From Nemertoderma westbladi (Eukaryota; Animalia; Xenacoelomorpha): a stretch of DNA of 48,603 bases. Under the pieces are notes generated by a model. That model was given only the letters and a program-made list of their open reading frames with translations, was not told where the DNA came from and searched no databases. Shown one piece after another: positions 37,951 to 48,603 of this stretch. The DNA is taken from contig JAUCBJ010006127.1 of the NCBI GenBank assembly GCA_032718475.1, positions 1-48,603 of the forward strand. Direction: 5' to 3'. The stretch's first letter is position 1. Each line of letters starts with the position of its first letter. The position numbers were made by a program, and so were the translations under genes.

Positions 37951-38735
37951 CATTCTTTTGTGTGGAAGTTTGTGTTTGTGTGTGTTGTGTGGAAGAAAAT
38001 CTAACAAGGGGGGTATAAAAATTGAGATTAGTTGCAGCACGAGTAGCATAGCCATGTACTGTTGATGTTTTAGAAAAGAGAGGGGAGAGAGGGGTTAGGA
38101 GAGATGGAGTTAGTGTGAATGTCGAACATAAACAAGGACACTTGGTGCTTAAACAATAAATCAAGGGGGAGTATGTTGAGAGATTTATATAGCAGGTTGG
38201 AGGAAGCTTGGGAGTAACTGAAGGTAATACAACGTAGGAATTTATTGATTTTAATGTGTAGTTTTCACCATAGAAGTAGTCCATAGTGTACGTATGGGTG
38301 GATTAGGGTAAAGCATAGCTGGCGCAGAATATGGAGGGGAAACATGTGCCGGAGTTTATAGAAGAGTCCTGTCGTTTTTTATATTTTCTTGAGTATATAC
38401 TGTATATGAGTTTTCAAGGTGAGTTTGTTGTCAACCCAGATTCCTAGTATTTTAGAATTGTTAGAGGATTTAATTGGATTATTTTGTATTGATAGCTGAG
38501 GGAGATTAGTCGGGTCAGTTAGAGTATTATATAGTGTATTCCGTCGTGGTTAGCAATACGCCAATCAGCGATCTTGTCAAGTTCCTGGTTGGTAGTCGTT
38601 AGAAGGGAAAATGCATTCGATGAGGATTGGAAAAGCGTAGTATCATCAGCAAATAACATTGAGAGTAGGTTTGAAGCATTATGCAGGTCGTTAATATATA
38701 AAAGGAATAGGATGGGGGAAAGAGTAGAACCCTGA
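37950..38735 (-). mobile_element. CR1/L2-type LINE, RT C-terminal part (decayed)
   Basis: QGSTLSPILFLLYINDLHNASNLLSMLFADDTTLF, downstream KILGIWVDNKL and HGYATR motifs. Confidence 0.88.
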
Positions 38736-38776
38736 AAATCCAATGGCACCAATGGAATAAAAGGCTTACTTCTGTA

Positions 38777-40192
38777 GATTCCCCGTACCTAGTTCCAATT
38801 TAAGCCTCATGCGAATTTAGTTCCAATGGAAACGAATTTAGTTCCAATTTTGGCGAATTTAGTTCCAATTTAGGCGAACTTAGTTCCAATAACTAGAGAA
38901 AACGAAAACGAATTTAGTTCCAATGCATGCGAACTTAGTTCCAATTGATGCGAACTTAGTTCCAATGCAAGCGAATTTAGTTCCAATGGAAGGGAATTTT
39001 TAGTTCCAATTTTGGCGAATTTAGTTCCAATTTAGGCGAACTTAGTTCCAATTTAGGCGAACTTAGTTCCAATAACTAGAGAAAAACGAAAACGAATTTA
39101 GTTCCAATGCATGCGAACTTAGTTCCAATGCATGCGAATTTAGTTCCAATGCATGCGAACTTAGTTCCAATGCATGCGAACTTAGTTCCAATGCATGCGA
39201 ACTTAGTTCCAATGTATGCGAACTTAGTTCCAATGGATGCGAACTTAGTTCCAATAGATGCTAATTTAGTTCCAAGGGAAGCAAATTTAGTTCCAATGTT
39301 TCAGGTGTGAGGCGAGCCACGTAGTTGGCGAAGAATCTGTTTAATGACACTATTAGGTGGATGGTTAAATAATAATTGTAAATAACTAACCCATAACGCC
39401 CAACCTCCTAACCAAAACAATCTTATCCCAAACAATGCCCAACCTCCTAACCAAAATAATCTTATCCCAAACAACGCCCAACTTCTTAACCCAAACAATT
39501 CAATTAAATTCATTATATTTATTGTAAAAAACAACGCCCAAGCTCTTAACCCAAACTACGCCCAACCTCCTAACCCAAACAACGCCCATCCACCTAAACC
39601 GAAACAACTGGTAAATATTGTAATTGATGCAAAAATGGCACAATGTGCATGACTTGAGCATATACTACTATACAGACTTAGTCAGTCAGTATCAGTATAC
39701 TCGTGATTAATATATAATTCAAAAAGTGTAATTATACATTTATTTCATTAATAATAATTCGTTTTTTAAAAATGACAGAAGGGTTTTACAATTATTTACA
39801 ATTATAGTTCACCCGACCCACGCCAAATAGTGGCAATACGCAATAGGCTTCGCCTACAACTACGTGGCTATCGCCACGATTGAAACATTGGAACTAAGTT
39901 TGTACTCATTGGAACTAAATTCGTTTCCATTTGAACTAAATTCGTTTCCATTGGAACTAAATTCGCATGCATTGGAACTAAATTTGCATGCACTGGAACT
40001 AAATTCGCATCCATTTGAACTAAGTTCGTTTTGATATTCTGGGATTGGAACTAAGTTCGCCTCGATTGGAACTAAGTTCGCCTCGATTGGAACTAAGTTC
40101 GCTTTGTAAAATTTATTTTGGAACTAAATTCGTTTCAATTGGAACTAAGTTCGCATTTGAAAATGTGCGATTGGAACTAAATTCGTGCTACC
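38777..40192 (+). mobile_element. Non-autonomous DNA transposon copy A with 21-bp subterminal arrays
   Basis: Ends GATTCCCCGTAC ... CGTGCTACC. 8-bp TSD CTTCTGTA at 38769-38776 and 40193-40200. Inverted arrays of gcgaa(c/t)ttagttccaat at both ends. Confidence 0.92.
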
Positions 40193-40314
40193 CTTCTGTA
40201 CACACATATGGTAGTAAAATTCACGACACTTAGAAAACATTGTATAAGGGTTGGTCATTAAGTGCAATTATAAACAAAGTGCACCACCATAAAATATGAT
40301 ATGAGGGGTGGGAT

Positions 40315-41314
40315 GGTAGCACGAACTTAGTTCCAATCGCACATTTCCAAAGGCGAACTTAGTTCCTTCCAATTGAAACGAATTTAGTTCCAAAATAAAT
40401 TTTATAAATCGAACTTAGTTCCAATCCCAGATTATCAAAACGAACTTAGTTCCAATGCATGCGAACTTAGTTCCAATGCATGCGAATTTAGTTTCAATGC
40501 ATGCGAATTTAGTTCCAATGGATACGAACTTAGTTCCAATGTTACAATCGTGGGGCTAGCCACGTAGTAGGCGAAGCCTATGGCGTATTTCCACTACATC
40601 AGGTGGGTCAGGGTCAACAATAATTGCAAATAATTATAAAGCCCTTCTCATTTTTTATAAACTAATTATTATTAATGAATTAAAAGTATAATTACACATT
40701 ATGATATATTTATTAATCATGAGTATACTGATACTGACTGACTGAGTCTGTAGTAGTATATACTCAAGTCATGCACATTGTGCCATTTTCACACCAAATA
40801 CAATAGCAGTTCTTTTGGTTAGGTGGATGGGCGTTGTTTGGGTTAGGAGGTTGGCCGCAGTTTGGGTTAAGAGCTTGGGCGTTGTTTTTTACTATGAATA
40901 TCATTATAAATGAATAAATATAATTGAATTAAATTTAATTGTTTGGGTTAAGAAGTTGGGCGTTGTTTGGGATAAGATTGTTTTGGTTAGCAGGTTGGGC
41001 GTTGTTTGGGTTAATTATTTACAATTATTATTTACCCATCCACCTAATAGTGTCATTAAACTGATTCTTCGCCAACTACGTGGCTCGCCTCCCACCTGAA
41101 ACATTGGAACTAAATTCGCTTCCATTGGAACTAAATTCGCATCCATTGGAACTAAGTTTGCATGCATTGGAACTAAATTCGTTTTCGTTTTTCTCTAGTT
41201 ATTGGAACTAAGTTCGCCTAAATTGGAACTAAATTCGCCAAAATTGGAACTAAATTCGTTTCCATTGGAACTAAATTCGCATGAGGCTTAAATTGGAACT
41301 AAGTACGGGGAATC
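40315..41314 (-). mobile_element. Same transposon family, copy B, opposite orientation
   Basis: Ends GGTAGCACG ... GTACGGGGAATC. 8-bp TSD GGTGGGAT at 40307-40314 and 41315-41322. Confidence 0.92.
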
Positions 41315-41324
41315 GGTGGGATCA

Positions 41325-42200
41325 CCATTGGGGGTAAGTCATAAATCAGAAACTATAAAAATGATGATGCAGATTACACCATGCGTGATTGATTGAGGAA
41401 TTCCTGGATGCGTTTGACTTTGCTTGGAAAATAAATATTACAGCGCAAGCAATTTAGAACAAAGTCCACATTGATCATATCGGACAAAGTTAAACAGCCA
41501 GGTAAAACCTCCATATTGATCATATCGGACAGAGTTAAACAGCCGGGTAAAACCTGGGTACGGAGAGTCTTAATACTGTGCCTCGAGAAGAGTAGTGAAG
41601 TAAGTGTAGGTAACGGGAAATACTTCAACCCAGCTTCATAGGAGCAGCGTAGACTGGCATATCTGTCCTGGGATGTGGACTGAGATAAGAAGCTTGCACA
41701 AATAATAGAACTCAACATCTTGATGGACAGAAAGCTGCCCTATATGGTCCAACATGCATTAGACTACGTAGAACCTTACGGTAGCATATATCCAATGTGT
41801 CAGCTTCAATAGATGTAAGGGATCCAAAAATGAAACAGATTCTGAAAATGATCGCTGGTAGTGCAATTCCATTCCATAGCCGATATAGTGAGTCCAGGGA
41901 TAACCATTTAAGAGTCCACCCTCTCCTGTGGAGAGTCTCGGATAGAATTGTGATGTCTTTATACATTCACTGAGCCTATCTGAAGTCTTGAGGTTAACTT
42001 TTACACCCAGGAAGGAAAGAGTGGCGCTAGGTGTGATGAGGGTCCCCTTAATATTTATGAAGCAGGGCATAGATTGGGTCTGACAACATGCACCTTGAAG
42101 ATAAGACCACTTGAAGATAGATTCATGAGGTCGTAACCGCAACCCTCGTCCTGCAGATTGCAGGAATGATTGATTGCATTCCTTGCAGGACAACATCGAT
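41325..42200 (-). mobile_element. Decayed non-LTR retrotransposon post-RT region (clade uncertain)
   Basis: Frameshifted peptides LSFLGVKVN / LYRLWNGIALPAIIF / LTSIEADTLDICYRKVLRSL resemble the YLG..LP.LLYG..L....RK.LR pattern of LINE ORF2. Confidence 0.55.
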
Positions 42201-43275
42201 TCCAGTTTTAGATTGATAAGCTACTTGAGATAAAGGAATGGGTTTTATAGGAAAGTCGTAATTTGTAGATGTGTTAGTGTTTAAATGGAGTAAGTTAGTG
42301 TATTTCAACTGGAGATGTCTCAGAGAGGGAGAAGGAGTTTTGCCGAATGTGGTTGATATAGCGAAGAGGGGAAATATGCGAATGTGGTATATCCCGAGCT
42401 AGTTTAGGGCCAATAAATAGAAGCAAAGTGATTGTTTAGTGTATTAGCAATACGTGTTGGATCGGTTATAGTTTCAATTTTATCTCCAGTGGAAATAGTA
42501 AGTTTCTTAGGTGAGTTTAGTTTGCGCGATTTGTTTAGAGCAGTATTTATTATTACCCATGTTTTACGTATGTTGTTAAAGAGTTTTTTTGTAAACTGAG
42601 TAGAATAGTAGCGTGATTGTACAGCACGTGTAGTTGAAGTTAAGCTGTCCCTATATTGCTTGTATTTAGTGTGGTTAGAATCAGTGGGTTTTTATTATTT
42701 ATGCGCGGTATAACTTAGTTTTTTTAATGTGCATTTGATTAGGTTGGGGGTCATCCATAGTTTCGATGGTATTTTATTGGAAGATATATATTTTTTTGAA
42801 ACATGTTTTAAACAGAGGCTCGTGAAGTCATCATAAAAGTATCGAATTTATTATAATTTGTTATTGATGACGAAGTGTAAGATCATGTATTTGGATCCTT
42901 AACATCATGTAAAAAGTCATTTACTATGAAATTAGTGAAGTCAAAAACTGTACTTTGTTTGGGCTTATTGAAATAGCAAGAGTACCGTTGGAAGAGTAGT
43001 GAAGCAAGGGTAGTGGTATGAAGTCACAATTAAATTTTGGAAGACACCGGATGTAGAGAATGATGAGGTAATGTTAGTTATAATATGGTCGATAGTAGTT
43101 TTAGAATAAGGTGTTACACGAGTTTTTATTAGGTCTAGGAGGTCGTCGTTAGCAAGAAATGTCTCAGTTAGAGTTAGAATATTAAATGTTGGTTTGATGG
43201 TAAGAAGAAAGTCAGTTAAGTCCGAAATATTAGAATTAAGACTCCTACAGTTCAGATTGAATATAGGGAGTTCTT
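42200..43275 (-). mobile_element. CR1/L2-type LINE endonuclease and tether region (decayed)
   Basis: IFNLNCRSLNSNISDLTDFLLTIKPTFNILTLTETFL (43262-43155) and TRVTPYSKTTIDHIITN (~43125-43072) are APE motifs. Probably the 5' part of the 37950-38735 element. Confidence 0.85.
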
Positions 43276-43999
43276 TGTAGCAAAAATGAAAATATTTATT
43301 TAGTTTATTTCCTTAATCACTTTATTTCTCAGTAATTGAGAAACTAATGGTAATTCTGAAACATTGGACAGTTGACATAATATGATATCAAAAAAAAAAC
43401 AAAGGTGAGTGATCGGGGGGAACCTTGATTTTGATAATATGAGTATATGGAGTTGAGTTGAGGTGAGAAACATTAGATCGTAGGATTTGGCCCAAATTGT
43501 GGGGGGGGGGGGGGGGGTATTTAAATTTATTTCAATTCAATTTAATCCGGCATTTACTGATATACTAGGGGGGTAAATTGCCCCTTACTACTCTTGGAAT
43601 AGGGTGAAGATGACCAAGGTGTTAGTAACAGTTTAGTCAGATGTTGTCAATATTGATTATATTGGTTAGATGGTGTTTATTGGTGGATTGATTAGCTACT
43701 TCAAATATCACCTCTCTCTCGTCGAGGTGATATTGCAGTACTTTCAAACCCCTATTTTTGTATTTGACTTATTGGTATTATATTTACACTATCCTCAATG
43801 TACTTGAGATAGTTTGCTATATTGAATTAAATATACAAGGTAACCAACCACAAAACCATTCTTTCATTGACACTCCTCTGGTAGACTCCAGACTAAACCC
43901 TGAACTGGGTTTACAGACAGCGGGAGATTGATTAGACAGGTAGATGTCATCATCTAAGGACATGCACAAAAATCGTTGAATGATTTCCAAAGTACGTAG

Positions 44000-44470
44000 A
44001 CCGACAGAATCTACTCGCATGCTTGAGCTTGTTGTGTTGTGTAGACTTTGGATCATTCATCCGGAAGGATGTATGGGCTGTCCGGGATTTGGAAGTCACA
44101 TAGAAAACATCGGAATCATAAAGTTCGATCATCTAGAGCAGCTGTCGAACCAGTACTCGTACATTGGAACCCATGCTGGGCTCAAACTTCCGAGGAAAAC
44201 AAATTCTCCGGTTTGCACATATACTGTACTACAATTAATTGTAATCCGGGTTTATTTTGTCAAGAATAATGCACATATCTTCAGGCAGACCCTATGTAAA
44301 ATCGAGGTGTATCATGGTCCCCAAACCTTGGTGCTTGAACAGAGCCGCCTCCGCTTTGTAGGACATAGCTTTCGACGTGAGGAACTTTCCTTGAACGATC
44401 TTGTGCATTAGTGCACTGGCGGCCTTATGGACATGGGTGATAGGGCGTTGTTATGGCGGCGCAATTTTTC
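44000..44470 (+). mobile_element. Old, decayed RTE LINE 3' fragment related to 47697-48603
   Basis: IWKSHRKHRNHKVRSSRAAVEPVLVHWNPCWAQTSEE and NAHIFRQTL..LVLEQSRLRFVGHSFRREE align by eye to IWKSPRINRKLKVQLFRAAVVPVLLYGSPCWALTAED and NAHISNQTL..LTLEQNRLRFAGHCFRRED. Confidence 0.85.
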
Positions 44471-44786
44471 ATGATGAGCCGAGCAAACCATTCCTACTTA
44501 ACGCAGGTTTGATTACAGATAGAACACTTTATATTCCTTTCTTTCACCTGTTTTTTTAACTCTTTTTTCCTTTATCACTTTATCATCCTTTATCCTTTTC
44601 CTTTATTTACGTTATCATCCTTTATCCTTTTCCTTTATTTACGTTAAGGGTCACCAAGGCTTCGTCGTGGCTCACCATACCCACACTCCTGATTTCGAAT
44701 AGGTCATCTATTGCCTAATATATGTGCACATACTGTGTAATAGAATAATGAATTGCCATTAAAAGACCTCATAACCATATGTTACA

Positions 44787-45514
44787 ATGGTGTTTTATCA
44801 GATTACATCACTATACTTTCTTTACGTGATACCATACATAATGGTTTGTTATGGGGGTGATACGTGCTATACCGAAGGAACCGCGAAGATTACTGCAACT
44901 ACTGAGCGACTACAACACATGATGGATGAAAAAGTCGCAAATCTATTTAATAGCAATCAACAATGGTTAAATGAAAATGGTTTCGTAACAGAACGCCATC
45001 ATGATATCAGTCACATAGAGTACAGTTGTACCGGATGTTCCAATTTGTTCTATCGAAATATCGCTGTACACGATGACACTGGGGATGAGTTCATGATCGA
45101 GTTCACAGTGGAAGGGTGCGTGCGCGATAATAGAAATAGGCTTCTTCTCTATTTGCTTGGATCTGGGTGAAGACAGGTGTTCAAAATTTATGCAACAGTA
45201 TGAAAATGGGTTTAAAATCGATCACCAGAGTTTCAAGGATGTGGAAAACCAGACATGATGACATCGTTCGGGTTCTGTTTGCTGTTAGAGATTCCTTTCT
45301 TCACGGAACCACAGTCAAGTACACTTCGTGCCAACAGATGTGTTGTCCTGGTGAGTGTCCAAATCCAGTTTGGGCGGTGAATCTAACTACAACAACTACC
45401 GTCAGTGCGGTTGAAGAATCGACAACAGATGAGAAGATTCCAAGCAGTTCAACCATTGCTACACCGATATTTCCTATGGTTTTGTTGCTGGTTACATTCA
45501 ATGGAATATTTTAG
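44787..45514 (+). CDS. Intronless putative GPI-anchored Cys-rich surface protein (Ly6/uPAR-like), one frameshift at ~45140-45167
   Basis: Hydrophobic N-terminal signal, Cys pattern TCY..CTGC..VEGC..NLCN..SCQQMCCPGECPN, Thr/Ser stalk, hydrophobic C-terminal tail PIFPMVLLLVTFNGIF. Two overlapping ORFs join to ~242 aa. May be a pseudogene or an assembly indel. Confidence 0.65.
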
Positions 45515-46424
45515 AAACATATATGGACAAAATCATATACTAAAACATTAAACGTTGTGGTAGGCCTACTTTCGCTCAGTACGAGAGTCTGTTGAAACTG
45601 TATTACCGGTAATAACTATTAGATGTAGCCTATGGAAACTGAAAAATGTATTGACAATAATAATATTTATTGTATTATATATGTATGCATAATGTATAAT
45701 TTATTTTAAAAAACTTTTAAAAGTCCTTCAAAAGTTTTAAGCGAAGACGAAGTGATATTTAGCGCCTCCTTGCGGTGGATCATTCACGGTGGGACACCAA
45801 AATTCCCTAAAATTTCTAAACCCTAAACTTTTCTCTCCTGGCGTCCAAACCTTGAGCCGGACAGGCAGACCTACAGACGGACAGACAGATGGACAACGCC
45901 GATTTGGCCCTGTATTAATCTGTATGCTAAGGCTTGCTTCTTTGTTTCTCGCCACCCATATGGCCAAATTGCCGTTCAGCTGTCCGCCCATTATGTAGCT
46001 GTCTGTCTGGCTCTGTTTGGGTGCCAATATCTCAGTAACGGTTCTGTCGGTCTGGTGCTAGGTGGTAAACATCACTTCTTCTAGGCGTAATAACTTTTGA
46101 ACCACTGTATCTACTTTCACAGAATGAACCATAAACAGTATGGAATGTTCTAATTCAATTCTCAATGTTGGGTCCCATAATTTAATGGACCGCTGCTAGG
46201 ACGCTTTAAATATCACTATCGTCTATGCTACAAAATCTTTGAACCACTGCATCAATTTTGTCGAAACTTTCACTGAATGACATATTGGATGTTCTGAATT
46301 CAATGAGACACTTTCTAGTGTCCCGAAATTTTATGGTCAGCCACTAGGAGGTGCTAAATATAACTTAATAACTGTTGAACCTCTACATCATATATGATAG
46401 CAGATTCTGGCATCGCGCAACTTC

Positions 46425-47170
46425 ATGGTTGACCCCTCCCCCCCTCGTATGACACCTTGATGACACTTTGGTTTGACCCCTCCCCCCCTATGCTGACGCG
46501 TCAGCTTTAATATAATGCGATAAAAAGAATGACAATGTCGTAAGGCAGTACTTCTCAGGATTAATTACTTCTTGATTCTTTTGAAAGTCTGAGTAATTCA
46601 TAATAAAACACAATGTGATTAAACACAAATATAATATAACAAATTAAATAAATAACAATATAGCAGGAGGCTACATTTTGATTTCGTCATTTTTGACGCC
46701 ATGGGTCTTCTAGTGTTAAACATACAAGAAAACGTTTTGTACCTACACTTAAAACACAATTGCCTTAAATTCATTAAAGTTGTTACAATTTAATTGTAAC
46801 AACTTTAATAATTTAAGTCAATTATTTTCAAAGTTTTATTCACTACAGTCCATCTCGACAATTTTGTAATGTTAGGTACAAGGTACATATTGCTTATGTA
46901 CTGTACCGACAGATGGCACTACTAAAATATGTTGGTTGCATACTGACAAACTCATCTTGCTTTATTTGACACCAGAGTTTATACTGAGAAAAAAGAACCA
47001 AAAAGGAAAGAAAGGTATGAAAAGCACATTTTATACAAAATCAGCTGACACCTTGGCTATACCCCTCTCCCCCCCCCCCCCCCCCCCCCTCCTGATGACA
47101 CTTTAATGACACCCCTCATTGACCCATCCCTCCCCCCTCGGTGCGTCAGCTGATTTGTGAACGGCCCCTT
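46425..47170. mobile_element. Non-autonomous DNA transposon remnant (one intact-looking end)
   Basis: Terminus gcgtcagctgatttgtgaacggcccctt. Subterminal gacccctcccccc / tgatgacac / gctgac words appear at both ends. Confidence 0.55.
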
Positions 47171-47650
47171 GCTACAGTCCAACCAATGCCTCAGAGCCAG
47201 AACAAGCAGTCAAGTTTTATGAAGATCTGACTGGACTTATAAAGGACATTCCGAAACACAATGTGAAAGTCATTGCTGGTGACCTGAATGCTCAAATTGG
47301 CCCATAAGACATCAAGGATTACACATATAACACCAGTTCTAATAGAAATGGGTACTTACTTTTAGACCTAATGGAAGAATGTGAATTGATACCAACAAAC
47401 ACCACATTCGAAAAGAGTAAGGGGAAGCTATGGACCTTTCAATACCCTAATGGAACCAAAGCACAACTGGATTACATCCTTATAAACAAAAAGTGGAGAA
47501 ACAGCATGATAAACTGCGAGGCACACAGCTCGTTCAACGTAATTGGTTCGGACCACAGAATTGTGACTGCAGAGATCAGACTCAGTTTGAGAGCCAGCAA
47601 ACCCAGGACAAGCAAGCAAATCAACTATGCTGGGAGAAACTCAGAACTGA
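47170..47650 (+). mobile_element. RTE LINE APE endonuclease fragment
   Basis: CYSPTNASE..FYEDL..IPKHNVKVIAGDLNAQIG..NRNG..WTFQYPNGTKAQLDYILINKKWRNS..SDHRIV. Confidence 0.92.
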
Positions 47651-47696
47651 CAATGCTACTACTAGGATCGGCATATGCTGCATTGCAGCTGCATTT

Positions 47697-48603
47697 TTAA
47701 GAATGCTGTGCCGGCTTGTCAACAAAATTGCACCGCCACAACTCCCTATCACCCATGACATTTGCTAGATCATCCGCATCTTTAAGGCCAGTGTCCTTTA
47801 AGATGCGTCTCAAGAAAGTCATGGGCTGTCCACCATGCTTATTCACTCCATGAGGCTGCCAAAGTACAAGATTATGCACTGGCTGGTCCTCACGGCGAAA
47901 GCAATGTCCTGCAAAGCGGAGGCGATTTTGTTCTAGTGTCAAGCTTGGGGAAACCAATGAGACACCTCCAATGTTATATAGTGTCTGGTTGGAGATGTGT
48001 GCATTGTACTTGACACAATGTACCCGGCGTAGCATTCTTGTGAATGTGCCATCCAGAGATTTGGTGTCCTCAGCAGTTAGAGCCCAGCATGGACTCCCGT
48101 AGAGGAGTACTGGAACTACTGCTGCTCTAAATAATTGGACCTTAAGTTTCCGATTAATTCTAGGTGACTTCCAAATCCTGGAAATCCTATTCAAGGCTGC
48201 CCATGCCTTTCCCTTACGTATTCGAAGGTCCTCACCTGACTTCCGGATCCATGATCCCAGGTAACAGAAGTCGTCCACATGCTCAAGCATACCATCCTTT
48301 GAGCTTATGCTCATCCGATCAGAGACTTGCTGAGGACTTTCAAAGTTAACTGTCAGAATTTTGGTCTTTCTGGAGTTAATAAAAAGACCAACACTAGAAG
48401 CAGCATGTTCTAATGAGCCGAGGAGCCGCTGGGCTCCCTCTAATGATTCTGAGAGTACTCCTAAGTCATCAGCAAAGTCTAGATCAGTTAGGTACTTGGC
48501 AGGATTTCCTCGACTTCTGGAGCCAGTAGGTGGAGTTATCATCACCCCATCATCATTATGATGATCTAAGGACATGCGTAGAACATAGTCAACCACAATA
48601 ATG
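47697..48603 (-). mobile_element. RTE LINE ORF2 C-terminal half (RT), frame open to the window edge
   Basis: VDYVLRMSL..LTDLDFADDL..INSRKTK..DFCYLGSWI..VLLYGS..RLRFAGHCFR, 299 codons without a stop. Confidence 0.95.

Noticed and set aside
39063-40233. Heptad ORFs (ELSSHAL)n / (MHANLVP)n
   Set aside because: Translations of the 21-bp subterminal transposon repeats.
2521-47089. Numerous 12-22 nt C/G homopolymers
   Set aside because: Most lie in or near transposon ends and their lengths are error-prone; no independent function is supported.
1-48603. Hammerhead ribozyme/retrozyme cores at CTGATGA/CTGACGA sites (e.g. ~498, 25282, 26700, 37307)
   Set aside because: None shows the flanking stems plus a correctly placed GAAA by eye.

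Overview
AT-rich eukaryotic (invertebrate animal-like) genomic DNA, not prokaryotic; the species cannot be determined from the sequence. The main gene is a 5-exon minus-strand member of the CTTNBP2/CTTNBP2NL (Nausicaa) family. Its exons are 25756-25875, 21690-21923, 17270-17377, 13150-13390 and 6144-7078, all introns are GT-AG with compatible phases, and the product is 545 aa. The introns and the right half of the window are packed with nested mobile elements: hAT and Harbinger-type non-autonomous DNA transposons, two twin 8-bp-TSD elements forming a 2.5-kb near-palindrome, RTE and CR1/L2 LINE fragments, and tRNA-derived SINEs. Three tandem arrays arose inside or at the end of a transposon. 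Also present are a ~1.76-kb intronic palindrome, decayed C2H2 zinc-finger and Myb/SANT coding relics, an intronless Ly6-like GPI-anchored gene split by one frameshift, and a densely structured (pseudoknot plus ~10 hairpins) 5' leader of an RTE LINE. I see no clear new multi-gene system; the best leads are the structured LINE leader, the transposon-seeded satellites, the VTxVN repeat in the host protein and the frameshifted surface-protein gene. All family assignments are by eye from recalled motifs, not database searches.
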